Of a stretch of 30,596 nt of DNA, positions 1 through 7,453 are shown piece by piece (the first letter of the stretch is position 1; the number at the start of each line of letters is the position of its first letter). The translations under genes were made by a program, and so were the position numbers. Below the pieces are notes generated by a model. That model had not been told where the DNA came from. It made no database searches and saw nothing but the letters and a program-made list of their open reading frames with translations. The DNA lies in the IMG/VR virus record IMGVR_UViG_3300027659_000139, positions 1-30,596 of that record. One strand, 5' to 3'. The stretch is from a virus (Duplodnaviria > Caudoviricetes).

Positions 1-2
1 CT

Positions 3-1172
3 GCACAAATCCGCAAAGTTAGCGACGATACTGCTGGATGGGATCATCTAGTGTCAGGTACTGCTATTCAAGCAACGCTTGATGAAACAACAACATATGT
101 TATTGAACCAAGATTAACATTTAGCGCACCTCCATCAGGAACACGGGCATTTGGCCGTGCAAGAGTTGAAGATGGTAAGATTGTTCAAATTAGAATCATT
201 GAACCAGGTACTGGCTATGTATCTGCCCCAACAATGACTGTAACGGATCCTAACAACACTGTAGAAGTACCGCACCAAGTTAGAATTGGCGATGGTGTAT
301 TACGCCAGCCAACTTGGACTAATCGCGGCACAGGATTTGTAACTTCACAAGTTGAAATCACAGGTGATGGATATGCTGATCTATATCAGCCTGGACGATA
401 TGTACAAGTTGCAGGTCTAACAGAAGTGCCACAAGCAGGTGCAAACGTTACATTTTCTGGCATTCCTGGTGACTATTATAAACTAGTTAGCGTAACACAA
501 CTGTTAGGCAATGGTCCATATAGTGCTAGATTACAAGTTAGTCCTGATATAACGATTACACATGCGCCAACACACGGAGATGCTGTTGAATTAAGAATAC
601 GCTACAGTCAAGTTCGATTAACAGGACACGACTTTTTAGATATTGGTACTGGAAATTTTGCCAATACCAACTATCCAGGTATTCCGTTAATAGCACCAGA
701 CCCGCTTGATGAAACAGTTGACGCTGGCGGTGGTCGTGTGTTCTATACATCAACTGACCAAGATGGTAACTTTAGAGTTGGTGAATTGTTCAGTATTGAA
801 CAGGCTACTGGTGTTGCAACATTAAACGCAGATGCATTTAATATTTCTGGACTACAAGAACTACAACTTGGTGCAGTTTCGCTAGGTGGAACTAGTGCAG
901 TTATTACTGAGTTTTCAACAGACGGTACATTTACTGCTAACAGCGATAATATTGTACCAACGCAAAAAGCTATTAAAACTTATATTGCAAGCCAAATTGG
1001 CGGCGGAGCAGGCGAGTTGAACGTAAATAGCATTACGGCAGGTTATGTGTTAATTTCTACAAACGAAATAACCACAACAGATCTGCGTCAAATTAACATT
1101 TTACAGAAAGTAAATTTTGTTGCCGGTGTAGATGGCCAACCTCTAGCACTGAATTATTACTTATTATCATAA
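3..1172 (+). CDS. C-terminal part of a large virion structural protein (tail fibre/baseplate-associated), 5'-truncated by the window edge
   Basis: Frame is open from position 3 (AQIRKVSDDTAGWDHLVSG...), so GTG at 51 is not the real start. Motifs IIEPGTGYVSAPT, YSQVRLTGHDFLDIGTG, GGGRVFYTSTDQDGNFRVG and SDNIVPTQKAIKTYI resemble large structural proteins of aquatic T4-like phages. Ends TAA at 1170-1172. Confidence 0.7.
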   Translation, partial: AQIRKVSDDTAGWDHLVSGTAIQATLDETTTYVIEPRLTFSAPPSGTRAFGRARVEDGKIVQIRIIEPGTGYVSAPTMTVTDPNNTVEVPHQVRIGDGVLRQPTWTNRGTGFVTSQVEITGDGYADLYQPGRYVQVAGLTEVPQAGANVTFSGIPGDYYKLVSVTQLLGNGPYSARLQVSPDITITHAPTHGDAVELRIRYSQVRLTGHDFLDIGTGNFANTNYPGIPLIAPDPLDETVDAGGGRVFYTSTDQDGNFRVGELFSIEQATGVATLNADAFNISGLQELQLGAVSLGGTSAVITEFSTDGTFTANSDNIVPTQKAIKTYIASQIGGGAGELNVNSITAGYVLISTNEITTTDLRQINILQKVNFVAGVDGQPLALNYYLLS

Positions 1173-1185
1173 AGGGAGAATACAA

Positions 1186-1506
1186 ATGGCATCAGGAATT
1201 TTAGGCACACCGGCCGATTTAGCAGCAGGTTCATATACAACCTTGTATACAGTACCTGCAAGTACGTTTGCAGTAGCCAGTGTGTCGATCGTAAATAGAT
1301 CAAATACCGCGTTAACAATCAGATTAGCCTGTTCAACACTAGCTACTCCAACAAATGCAGAGTTTATTGAATATGACTCTACAATAGCTCCAAAAGGAAT
1401 ACTTGAAAGAACTGGTATAGTTTTACAAGCTGGTAAACTTTTAGTAGCGTACTCAAGTGCAGTTAACTGCAATGCTGTAGTATTCGGCATTGAGACTGCG
1501 ACATAA
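1186..1506 (+). CDS. small beta-rich virion structural protein (hypothetical)
   Basis: 106 aa, SD-like AGGGAG just upstream; TTLYTVPA...VSIVNR...IRLA...IEYD pattern typical of small phage tail-associated proteins. Confidence 0.65.
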   Translation: MASGILGTPADLAAGSYTTLYTVPASTFAVASVSIVNRSNTALTIRLACSTLATPTNAEFIEYDSTIAPKGILERTGIVLQAGKLLVAYSSAVNCNAVVFGIETAT

Positions 1507-1509
1507 ATA
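1504..1509 (+). promoter_or_regulatory. putative late promoter (TAAATA), overlapping the upstream stop codon
   Basis: CATAAATA resembles T4 late consensus TATAAATA; followed by AAAGGA and ATG 1532. Confidence 0.45.
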
Positions 1510-1531
1510 TAACAAGTAAAAGGAAACCGAG

Positions 1532-1849
1532 ATGGGAAGATACATTTCAACAACAGAGACATCGTCTACTGTATTAAGAACCGTAAGTACTACATATACT
1601 GCTGTAGCTAATGATAGAATTGTCTGCACTGCAGGCGGTTTTACAATTACATTACCAGCATCACCATTAGTTAATGATACTATTCAGATCATTGATGCCG
1701 TTGGTACAATGGGTAGCAGTAATGTGACTGTGGCACGTAACGGACAAGAAATTCAAAACTTAGCAGAAGACTTAGTATTAAACATTAATAACACTGCTAT
1801 TACATTAGTTTATACCGGAGTCACATACGGCTGGCTGATCATTAGATAA
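1532..1849 (+). CDS. stand-alone gp9/gp10-like fibre attachment domain protein
   Basis: TITLPASP..NDTIQIIDAVGT...NVTVARNG..I...EDLVLNINN...TLVY...YGW matches a module common in T4-like fibre/baseplate proteins. Confidence 0.6.
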   Translation: MGRYISTTETSSTVLRTVSTTYTAVANDRIVCTAGGFTITLPASPLVNDTIQIIDAVGTMGSSNVTVARNGQEIQNLAEDLVLNINNTAITLVYTGVTYGWLIIR

Positions 1850-1858
1850 GGGTGTAAA

Positions 1859-2602
1859 ATGGCAAATTTAACACAATTTTTAGGATTAACAGCAAGTACT
1901 GGAGCTTCGTCGTTGACAGTGTTCCCTGCAGATAGGGGCGACAGTGTACAGAACGGCGGCAGATGCTGTAATTATATAATAGACGGGTCCACTACACGGG
2001 TAAACGTTGAATTATGGGGAGGCGGAGGCGATGGTAATGGTGCTTGTTGTTGTCAGTGGCCATATGCAATGCCTGCACCGGGACAATATGTCTCAAAAAC
2101 ATTTACAGTAGTATCAGGAGACAGTCTTACTATTTGCGCAGCTGGCTCAGGTTGCTGTTCTCCTAACTGCTGCGGTACACAAGGTCTTCCTAGTTACGTT
2201 AATAAAAATGGGTCAACACAAGCATATGCTTATGGCGGTCACGGCGGATGTGCTCTTTGTTTTTATAAAAACTTTAACTGCACAGGTATATGCCACCCAG
2301 GTTGCACAAGAAGAGATAACGGAACAGGCGATTTAGTATACTGTACATACGCAGGCATGAGTGCAACGCATAGTTTTTGCGCAACAGGACACTTTGAAAC
2401 TGCTGCAGGCTCTCCAAAATACTCTCAAAATATGAGAATTGGTTTAAGCAGTTGCTCAGGTTCATGGACTAATACCGGATGTTGTAGACTGTGTAATCAC
2501 TTCCCAGGTGGTGGTGGTGGTGGTGGTTCTAGCTGCGGTGGACCATGCTGTTGGGGCGGCTGGGGAGCAGGCGGCATGGTTATACTGACATTCTACGGAT
2601 AA
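1859..2602 (+). CDS. Gly/Cys-rich protein A, putative fibre tip/adhesin
   Basis: 247 aa, 24 Cys; VELWGGGG, ACCC, TICAAG, FPGGGGGGG, GAGGMVILTFYG; glycine-rich domain scaffold seen in phage tail proteins. Confidence 0.65.
   Translation: MANLTQFLGLTASTGASSLTVFPADRGDSVQNGGRCCNYIIDGSTTRVNVELWGGGGDGNGACCCQWPYAMPAPGQYVSKTFTVVSGDSLTICAAGSGCCSPNCCGTQGLPSYVNKNGSTQAYAYGGHGGCALCFYKNFNCTGICHPGCTRRDNGTGDLVYCTYAGMSATHSFCATGHFETAAGSPKYSQNMRIGLSSCSGSWTNTGCCRLCNHFPGGGGGGGSSCGGPCCWGGWGAGGMVILTFYG
2507..2527 (+). repeat. (GGT)7 perfect trinucleotide run encoding poly-Gly
   Basis: ggtggtggtggtggtggtggt read directly. Confidence 0.85.
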
Positions 2603-2613
2603 AAGGAAATATT

Positions 2614-3264
2614 ATGGGAATTAGAGAAAATACTATTATTACAAAAACATGCACTTACGATGCTCCTGATGACTATTTGTATCAAACAAATACATTAGGA
2701 AATACATGGTCATATGAGTATGAAGGACCAGATAAGTTATGGATTTTTATTAGTGAGGAAACTGGAAGACCATTAAATGGCCAGTGCTTTACAATAAAAG
2801 ATGATGGTGATGAAATACCAACACCCCCAGGACAGGTAAAAATTTTAGTGGATGCTAATGTTGATACAGTAATAGCCAGCATGATTTGGAGACACAAGTA
2901 TTATGATTACTTGCCAACTCAAACTGAACAACTTCCAGACGGTACATCATATACAAGACCAATAAATCAACCGCCTGATCATACGTACGAATTTATGGAA
3001 TGTGTCTATAATATTGCTGCTGGAGAATGGGTTAAACCGTTGCCTTGGAAAAAGCCACACGTTACGTGGGACGATTTACGAAAAGCTAGAACTGCAATGT
3101 TAGCGGCATCAGATAAAACCTTAGCTACTACACTAATGTCGGATCAAGAACGTGCTGCGTTTGAAGTATATCGTCAAAAATTAAGAGATTTGCCAGCAGT
3201 ATTTGAAGGTGTTGATCCTTGGAAAGTTATATTTCCAACAGATCCTACGACAGGAGTTAGCTGA
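2614..3264 (+). CDS. tail fibre assembly chaperone-like protein 1
   Basis: Start revised to ATG 2614 (AAAGGA upstream; the 2545 start overlaps the previous gene). C-terminal WDDLRKARTAMLAASD...YRQKLRDLP...VIFPTDP fits the phage tail assembly chaperone pattern. TGATG overlap with next gene. Confidence 0.7.
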   Translation: MGIRENTIITKTCTYDAPDDYLYQTNTLGNTWSYEYEGPDKLWIFISEETGRPLNGQCFTIKDDGDEIPTPPGQVKILVDANVDTVIASMIWRHKYYDYLPTQTEQLPDGTSYTRPINQPPDHTYEFMECVYNIAAGEWVKPLPWKKPHVTWDDLRKARTAMLAASDKTLATTLMSDQERAAFEVYRQKLRDLPAVFEGVDPWKVIFPTDPTTGVS

Positions 3265-4028
3265 TGGCCACACTATCGTCGTTATTTCCAGTCAGTCAGT
3301 ATCTTGCTGGTGCTAGCGCATCAGGATCATTTAGTCAATTGTATGTGTACAACACTAGTACAGATAGCCCTCAAAATGGCGGACGTTGTTGTCAATGGAC
3401 TGTACCTGCAGGCACTACTTGGATTAGATTTGAGCTATGGGGCGGTGGCAGCGATGGCCCAGGGTCATGTTGCTGTCAACAACCTAATGCAGCCGGAGGT
3501 GCAGGGGCATATGCTAGAAAAACAGTAACTGCAGTTGCAGGTAATACTTACACGATTTGTGCTGGTGGGTCAGGATGTTGTGCTACTGCCTGCTGTGGTA
3601 CACAAGGATTTACTTCTTATGTAACCGGCGGTACTAGTACCGGAGCTGTAAACATGTGTGCAGCAGGAGGTCCTCCATCATGTTCATTATGCTGGGTAGG
3701 ATATAACGGTTGCGGATGTATTGGTAACACTGAAACTTGTCGTAGCGGCAGTTTCACAGGCGCAGATTTTGGATTGCCTGCAATTGGCGGCGCATCAAAT
3801 CCATCTAGTTGCGGGTATACTTCTTGGCAATATGTACCTAGTGGACCGTATATTGGCTCAGGTGTTAGACACAGCTGGGACTACTGTAACAGTTCGTCAG
3901 GTTGCGCATCACTTGGCGGATATGCTTCATTTCCTGGTGGCGGTGGCGGTGGCGGCGTATCTAATGGTGGTGGCTGCTGCTGGGGTAGTCCAGGTGCAGG
4001 CGGTCTAGTAGTGGTATCATATAGATAA
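3264..4028 (+). CDS. Gly/Cys-rich protein B, putative fibre tip/adhesin
   Basis: 254 aa, 21 Cys; NGGRCCQWTVPAG..FELWGGG..SCCC..TICAGG..FPGGGGGGG..CCWG.PGAGGLVVVSY; paralog of 1859..2602. Confidence 0.65.
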   Translation: MATLSSLFPVSQYLAGASASGSFSQLYVYNTSTDSPQNGGRCCQWTVPAGTTWIRFELWGGGSDGPGSCCCQQPNAAGGAGAYARKTVTAVAGNTYTICAGGSGCCATACCGTQGFTSYVTGGTSTGAVNMCAAGGPPSCSLCWVGYNGCGCIGNTETCRSGSFTGADFGLPAIGGASNPSSCGYTSWQYVPSGPYIGSGVRHSWDYCNSSSGCASLGGYASFPGGGGGGGVSNGGGCCWGSPGAGGLVVVSYR

Positions 4029-4037
4029 GGAATAGCA

Positions 4038-4787
4038 ATGTCAAATTTAAGAACTTTATTATATACTGGCGCTGCTACTATAACAAGTGCTAGTTTATTA
4101 GAATTTGCAGTTGCAAATACAAATGAAACTCAAAATAACGGAGGCTGTTGCCTACTATGGACAGTACCTACAGGCAAATCTTATATTAAGTTTGAAATGT
4201 GGGGCGGTGGTGGCGGTGGCGGTGGCGCATGTTGTTGCATGCAAGGATGGTCAGGCGGTAGTGGATCATACGCAATAAAGACACTGTCAGGAACTCAAGT
4301 TGTTCCCGGAACACAATATACTATATGCGCAGGCGGAACTGGCAGCCAATCAAATACAAACGATGGATGTCCAGGTAATACTAGCTATGTAACAGGGCTA
4401 AATTTAAGTAATTTTTGTGCTCGTGGCGGCTGCGGCGGAGACGTTAGATGTTACGGATTTTGTTCATGCAGATATATCTGCCGCCAATCAAGTGACGTAT
4501 GCTGTTCAACTGGTGGCGATGTATGTATTAGCGGAACGTGTGGCGGCTCTTATATTATGTTTTACTGTTATGCAGGTAGCCAACAATGGGCTCCTGCAGC
4601 GCCTGCAACTGTATCAGGACCAACATTTGGCCCAAGCGGATGTACCCCATATGTGGGTATGACGCAAGGCGGAATGTGTAAGCCAGTATTCCCAGGTGGC
4701 GGCGGATTAAGTGCGCAAGTACACAGCGGAGCATGTTGCTGTGGCTGGTACGGAGCAGCTGGGCTGGTTTTAGTAACATACGGATAA
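4038..4787 (+). CDS. Gly/Cys-rich protein C, putative fibre tip/adhesin
   Basis: 249 aa, 23 Cys; NGGCCLLWTVPTG..FEMWGGGGGGGGACCC..TICAGG..FPGGGG..ACCCGWYGAAGLVLVTYG; AAGGA SD upstream. Confidence 0.65.
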   Translation: MSNLRTLLYTGAATITSASLLEFAVANTNETQNNGGCCLLWTVPTGKSYIKFEMWGGGGGGGGACCCMQGWSGGSGSYAIKTLSGTQVVPGTQYTICAGGTGSQSNTNDGCPGNTSYVTGLNLSNFCARGGCGGDVRCYGFCSCRYICRQSSDVCCSTGGDVCISGTCGGSYIMFYCYAGSQQWAPAAPATVSGPTFGPSGCTPYVGMTQGGMCKPVFPGGGGLSAQVHSGACCCGWYGAAGLVLVTYG

Positions 4788-4791
4788 AATT

Positions 4792-5424
4792 ATGACGATA
4801 ATATCGAAAACTTTTACATATGATTTAGCAGATGATTATCTTGCTCAGACTAATGAATTAAGGAAGACAGCAAGCTGGACATACAATGGTCCAGATCGCA
4901 TATGGGTGTTCCTTGATGTTAGAACTAACAAATTATACGGCACTAATTTTTACACGTTAGAAGAAGACGGCCCCCTTATTCCATCTCCTGAAGGATGTAC
5001 AAAGTTAGAAATTGACTGTCATGCCGATTCACTATTCTGTACCCTTATAGGTGCTAGCGATAAGGTTGACGGTGATACATTGCCTAAATATAGTGAAAAT
5101 TTACCCAATGGCGAAGTATATACACGCCCAATAGATCCAATGCCAGATCATACTTATGAATTCAATGAAGCAGAGTATAATCGTGAAACAGAACAGTGGT
5201 CGTATCCATGGAAAAAAACATGGGTTACATGGGATAATCTGAGAGAAGTTATTGCATCACAATTAACTGAAGTAGAATTGGAATTGCGAGCAATAACTGA
5301 TATGCCAGCCAGTCTGCGGGCCAAGTTGGAAACATATAAGTCAGAATTAGAAAATTTTGAAACTACATGGGCCGGGTTTGATGCACATAAAGTTTGGATT
5401 CCAAGACACCCAATTAACAAATAA
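4792..5424 (+). CDS. tail fibre assembly chaperone-like protein 2 (paralog of 2614..3264)
   Basis: Shares KTxTYDxxDDYLxQTN, YxGPDxxWxF, LPxGxxYTRPI, PDHTYEF and PWKKxxVTWDxLR with 2614..3264; diverged helical C-terminus. Confidence 0.65.
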   Translation: MTIISKTFTYDLADDYLAQTNELRKTASWTYNGPDRIWVFLDVRTNKLYGTNFYTLEEDGPLIPSPEGCTKLEIDCHADSLFCTLIGASDKVDGDTLPKYSENLPNGEVYTRPIDPMPDHTYEFNEAEYNRETEQWSYPWKKTWVTWDNLREVIASQLTEVELELRAITDMPASLRAKLETYKSELENFETTWAGFDAHKVWIPRHPINK

Positions 5425-5431
5425 TTAAATC

Positions 5432-5448
5432 AAGACCGCAAGGGTCTT
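5432..5448 (+). other. intergenic hairpin (AAGACC-GCAAG-GGTCTT), possible weak terminator or processing site
   Basis: 6-bp inverted repeat directly after the cassette's last stop codon; can fold with a GCAA tetraloop; no U-tract. Confidence 0.4.
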
Positions 5449-5462
5449 AGATCTCTACTCCA

Positions 5463-5468
5463 TAAATA
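5463..5468 (+). promoter_or_regulatory. putative late promoter (TAAATA) for the enzyme operon
   Basis: CATAAATA, then SD AGGAG 5483-5487 and ATG 5493. Confidence 0.6.
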
Positions 5469-5492
5469 TTACACTATATTTTAGGAGACACA

Positions 5493-6503
5493 ATGAGATC
5501 TAAGGCCTTTTTTATTAACGGTGGTGCCGGCCGCGTTATTTGTTCAATTCCGGCTCTTGAAAAATACAGAGAAGAATCCGGCGACAAAGATTTTATCATC
5601 GTATGCGAAGGTGGCACAGATTTTTTCAAAGGACATCCTACACTATATCCTAAGGTCTACGACAACTGGCACAAAAATCTTTTTGAAGAAAAACTAATCA
5701 ATATGACATTGATTACTCCTGAGCCGTATAGAGTTTGGGAATACTACAATCAAAAATGTAACTTGTCACAGGCATTTGATATCGAAATTAATAACAAAGG
5801 TCTTAGAGAATTGCCTCGTCCAACACTTAAACTTTCAGTTGATGAATCATTAACTGGTAAAAATATCATTAAAGAAGTAAAAGAAAAAACAGGCAAAGAT
5901 ACTGTTGTTGTGTTTCAACCATTTGGCCGCGGCACCCGAGTAGAAAATAATACTATCTCAGATCCTTCGGGCAGAAGTTTTGAAGCAACTCATGCTATAA
6001 ACATTATTAAGAAATTGCAGGAAAAACATGCAGTTATTGCAATGTCAGAGTTTGGGATTGATTATTCAAAACACGGATGTACTAGTCCTGTAGCTGCTCC
6101 GCAAAATGCAACACTCCGTCATTGGGCAGGTATTATTAACGAAGCTGACTGTTTCTTAGGATGCGACAGCGTTGGACAGCATATTGCTTATGCCTTGCAC
6201 AAGCCAGCTACTGTAATTGTCGGAAGTACATTTATGGAAAATATTTCTTACCCAACTGCTGACAAGTTTGATGTGCATGACATGGGCGGCGACCGTCGTA
6301 GATACAGTCCTATCAGAATTACTATAGATGAAGTTGCTGATCGCACTAACGAAGGTATTATGATTATGAACGAACAGATCGAAGAATACATTGCAAATTC
6401 AGTTAACTCATTAGTTGAAAAATACAGTATACCTGCAGTTATTTCATCAGAGCCGTTAATTGAAGTTACATCAAGTAACGCATGTTGTGACGCAGGAAAA
6501 TAA
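5493..6503 (+). CDS. GT-B fold glycosyltransferase, family 9 (heptosyltransferase)-like
   Basis: N-terminal GGAGRVICSIPAL (cf. WaaC SSMGDVLHTLPAL), VVFQPFG, and ADCFLGCDSVGQHIAYALHKPATVIVGST (cf. GT9 D[ST]GxxHxAxA..P). Confidence 0.7.
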   Translation: MRSKAFFINGGAGRVICSIPALEKYREESGDKDFIIVCEGGTDFFKGHPTLYPKVYDNWHKNLFEEKLINMTLITPEPYRVWEYYNQKCNLSQAFDIEINNKGLRELPRPTLKLSVDESLTGKNIIKEVKEKTGKDTVVVFQPFGRGTRVENNTISDPSGRSFEATHAINIIKKLQEKHAVIAMSEFGIDYSKHGCTSPVAAPQNATLRHWAGIINEADCFLGCDSVGQHIAYALHKPATVIVGSTFMENISYPTADKFDVHDMGGDRRRYSPIRITIDEVADRTNEGIMIMNEQIEEYIANSVNSLVEKYSIPAVISSEPLIEVTSSNACCDAGK

Positions 6504-7453
6504 TGAAAAGATTATTTGTTTTTGGATGTAGTTACACAGCATACTCGTGGCCAACTTGGGCAGACTTACTGAGTATTCATTTTGATCGTTTTGAAAATTG
6601 GGGACTTGCAGGAATAGGAAATAGAGGTATTTCCGAACGCATTGCCGAATGTAATGTAAAATATAAATTTGGTCCAGAAGATACCGTAATAGTTCAATGG
6701 TCTACACATTTGCGAAATGATTTTTTCCACCAAGAAGGAGAATTAAAAGATCGACTGCCAGGGTGGAAAACAGCAGGAAGTATCTTTAATTACTTAAATT
6801 CTCCTATATATGATCGAAAATGGTATAAAACATTCTTCGATGAGGAAGCATATTTTATGCATAGCCTTAATAGCATTACTATGACACAGCAATTACTAGA
6901 ACATACTGGTGCTAAATGGTTAATGACAGGTGTCGGTGACGTAAGAGAGTTAGGAACAGACCTTGAATATAAATCTGAATACGGAGAATCGTCAATATTT
7001 GCAGAATTAAAAACAAAATTGCTTGGGCCTTCAAAACCATTTGGATATAAAATCAGTCCTGCATTAGAAGTATACGACAACCCAATATGGGGGATCCACA
7101 AAGATAAATGGCTGCCACCAATTTTTCCGTATCTTACTGCTAAAAAGTTTAAAGATGCATTTTTTATATTTCCGGACGGGCACGGAAAACAGTTTGAAGA
7201 TCAACATTTTAAAACAGGCCAGCAATCAATATGGTTAACAGAGGTGTTACTTCCAAAGTTAGCACTATTACCAGAAGCTGATCGCTACAATACTATAGCA
7301 GAAAGGGTGGATGAAATTTTTAACAACATACCTCTAGAGAGAAGATTTAAAACAGAATTTGAAAAAGAATTATTTCGAGAAAAATTTAGATTACCTAGAT
7401 GGCCTAATATGATAAAAGGTTTCTATTATTTTAAGGATGAATTTCAAGAATGA
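6503..7453 (+). CDS. SGNH/GDSL-like protein (putative esterase or acyltransferase)
   Basis: LFVFGCSYT (block I-like), NWGLAGIGN (block II-like), VIVQWS, C-terminal DQH; TAATG-coupled to upstream gene. Confidence 0.55.
   Translation: MKRLFVFGCSYTAYSWPTWADLLSIHFDRFENWGLAGIGNRGISERIAECNVKYKFGPEDTVIVQWSTHLRNDFFHQEGELKDRLPGWKTAGSIFNYLNSPIYDRKWYKTFFDEEAYFMHSLNSITMTQQLLEHTGAKWLMTGVGDVRELGTDLEYKSEYGESSIFAELKTKLLGPSKPFGYKISPALEVYDNPIWGIHKDKWLPPIFPYLTAKKFKDAFFIFPDGHGKQFEDQHFKTGQQSIWLTEVLLPKLALLPEADRYNTIAERVDEIFNNIPLERRFKTEFEKELFREKFRLPRWPNMIKGFYYFKDEFQE

Noticed and set aside
2545-2613. N-terminal extension of the first chaperone-like ORF as given in the ORF track
   Set aside because: Overlaps the upstream gene; ATG 2614 has an SD and aligns with the start of the paralog at 4792
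1859-4787. Diversity-generating retroelement or invertible shufflon acting on the three paralogs
   Set aside because: No reverse transcriptase or recombinase in the window, no near-identical template/variable repeat pair, all genes co-oriented and diverged throughout
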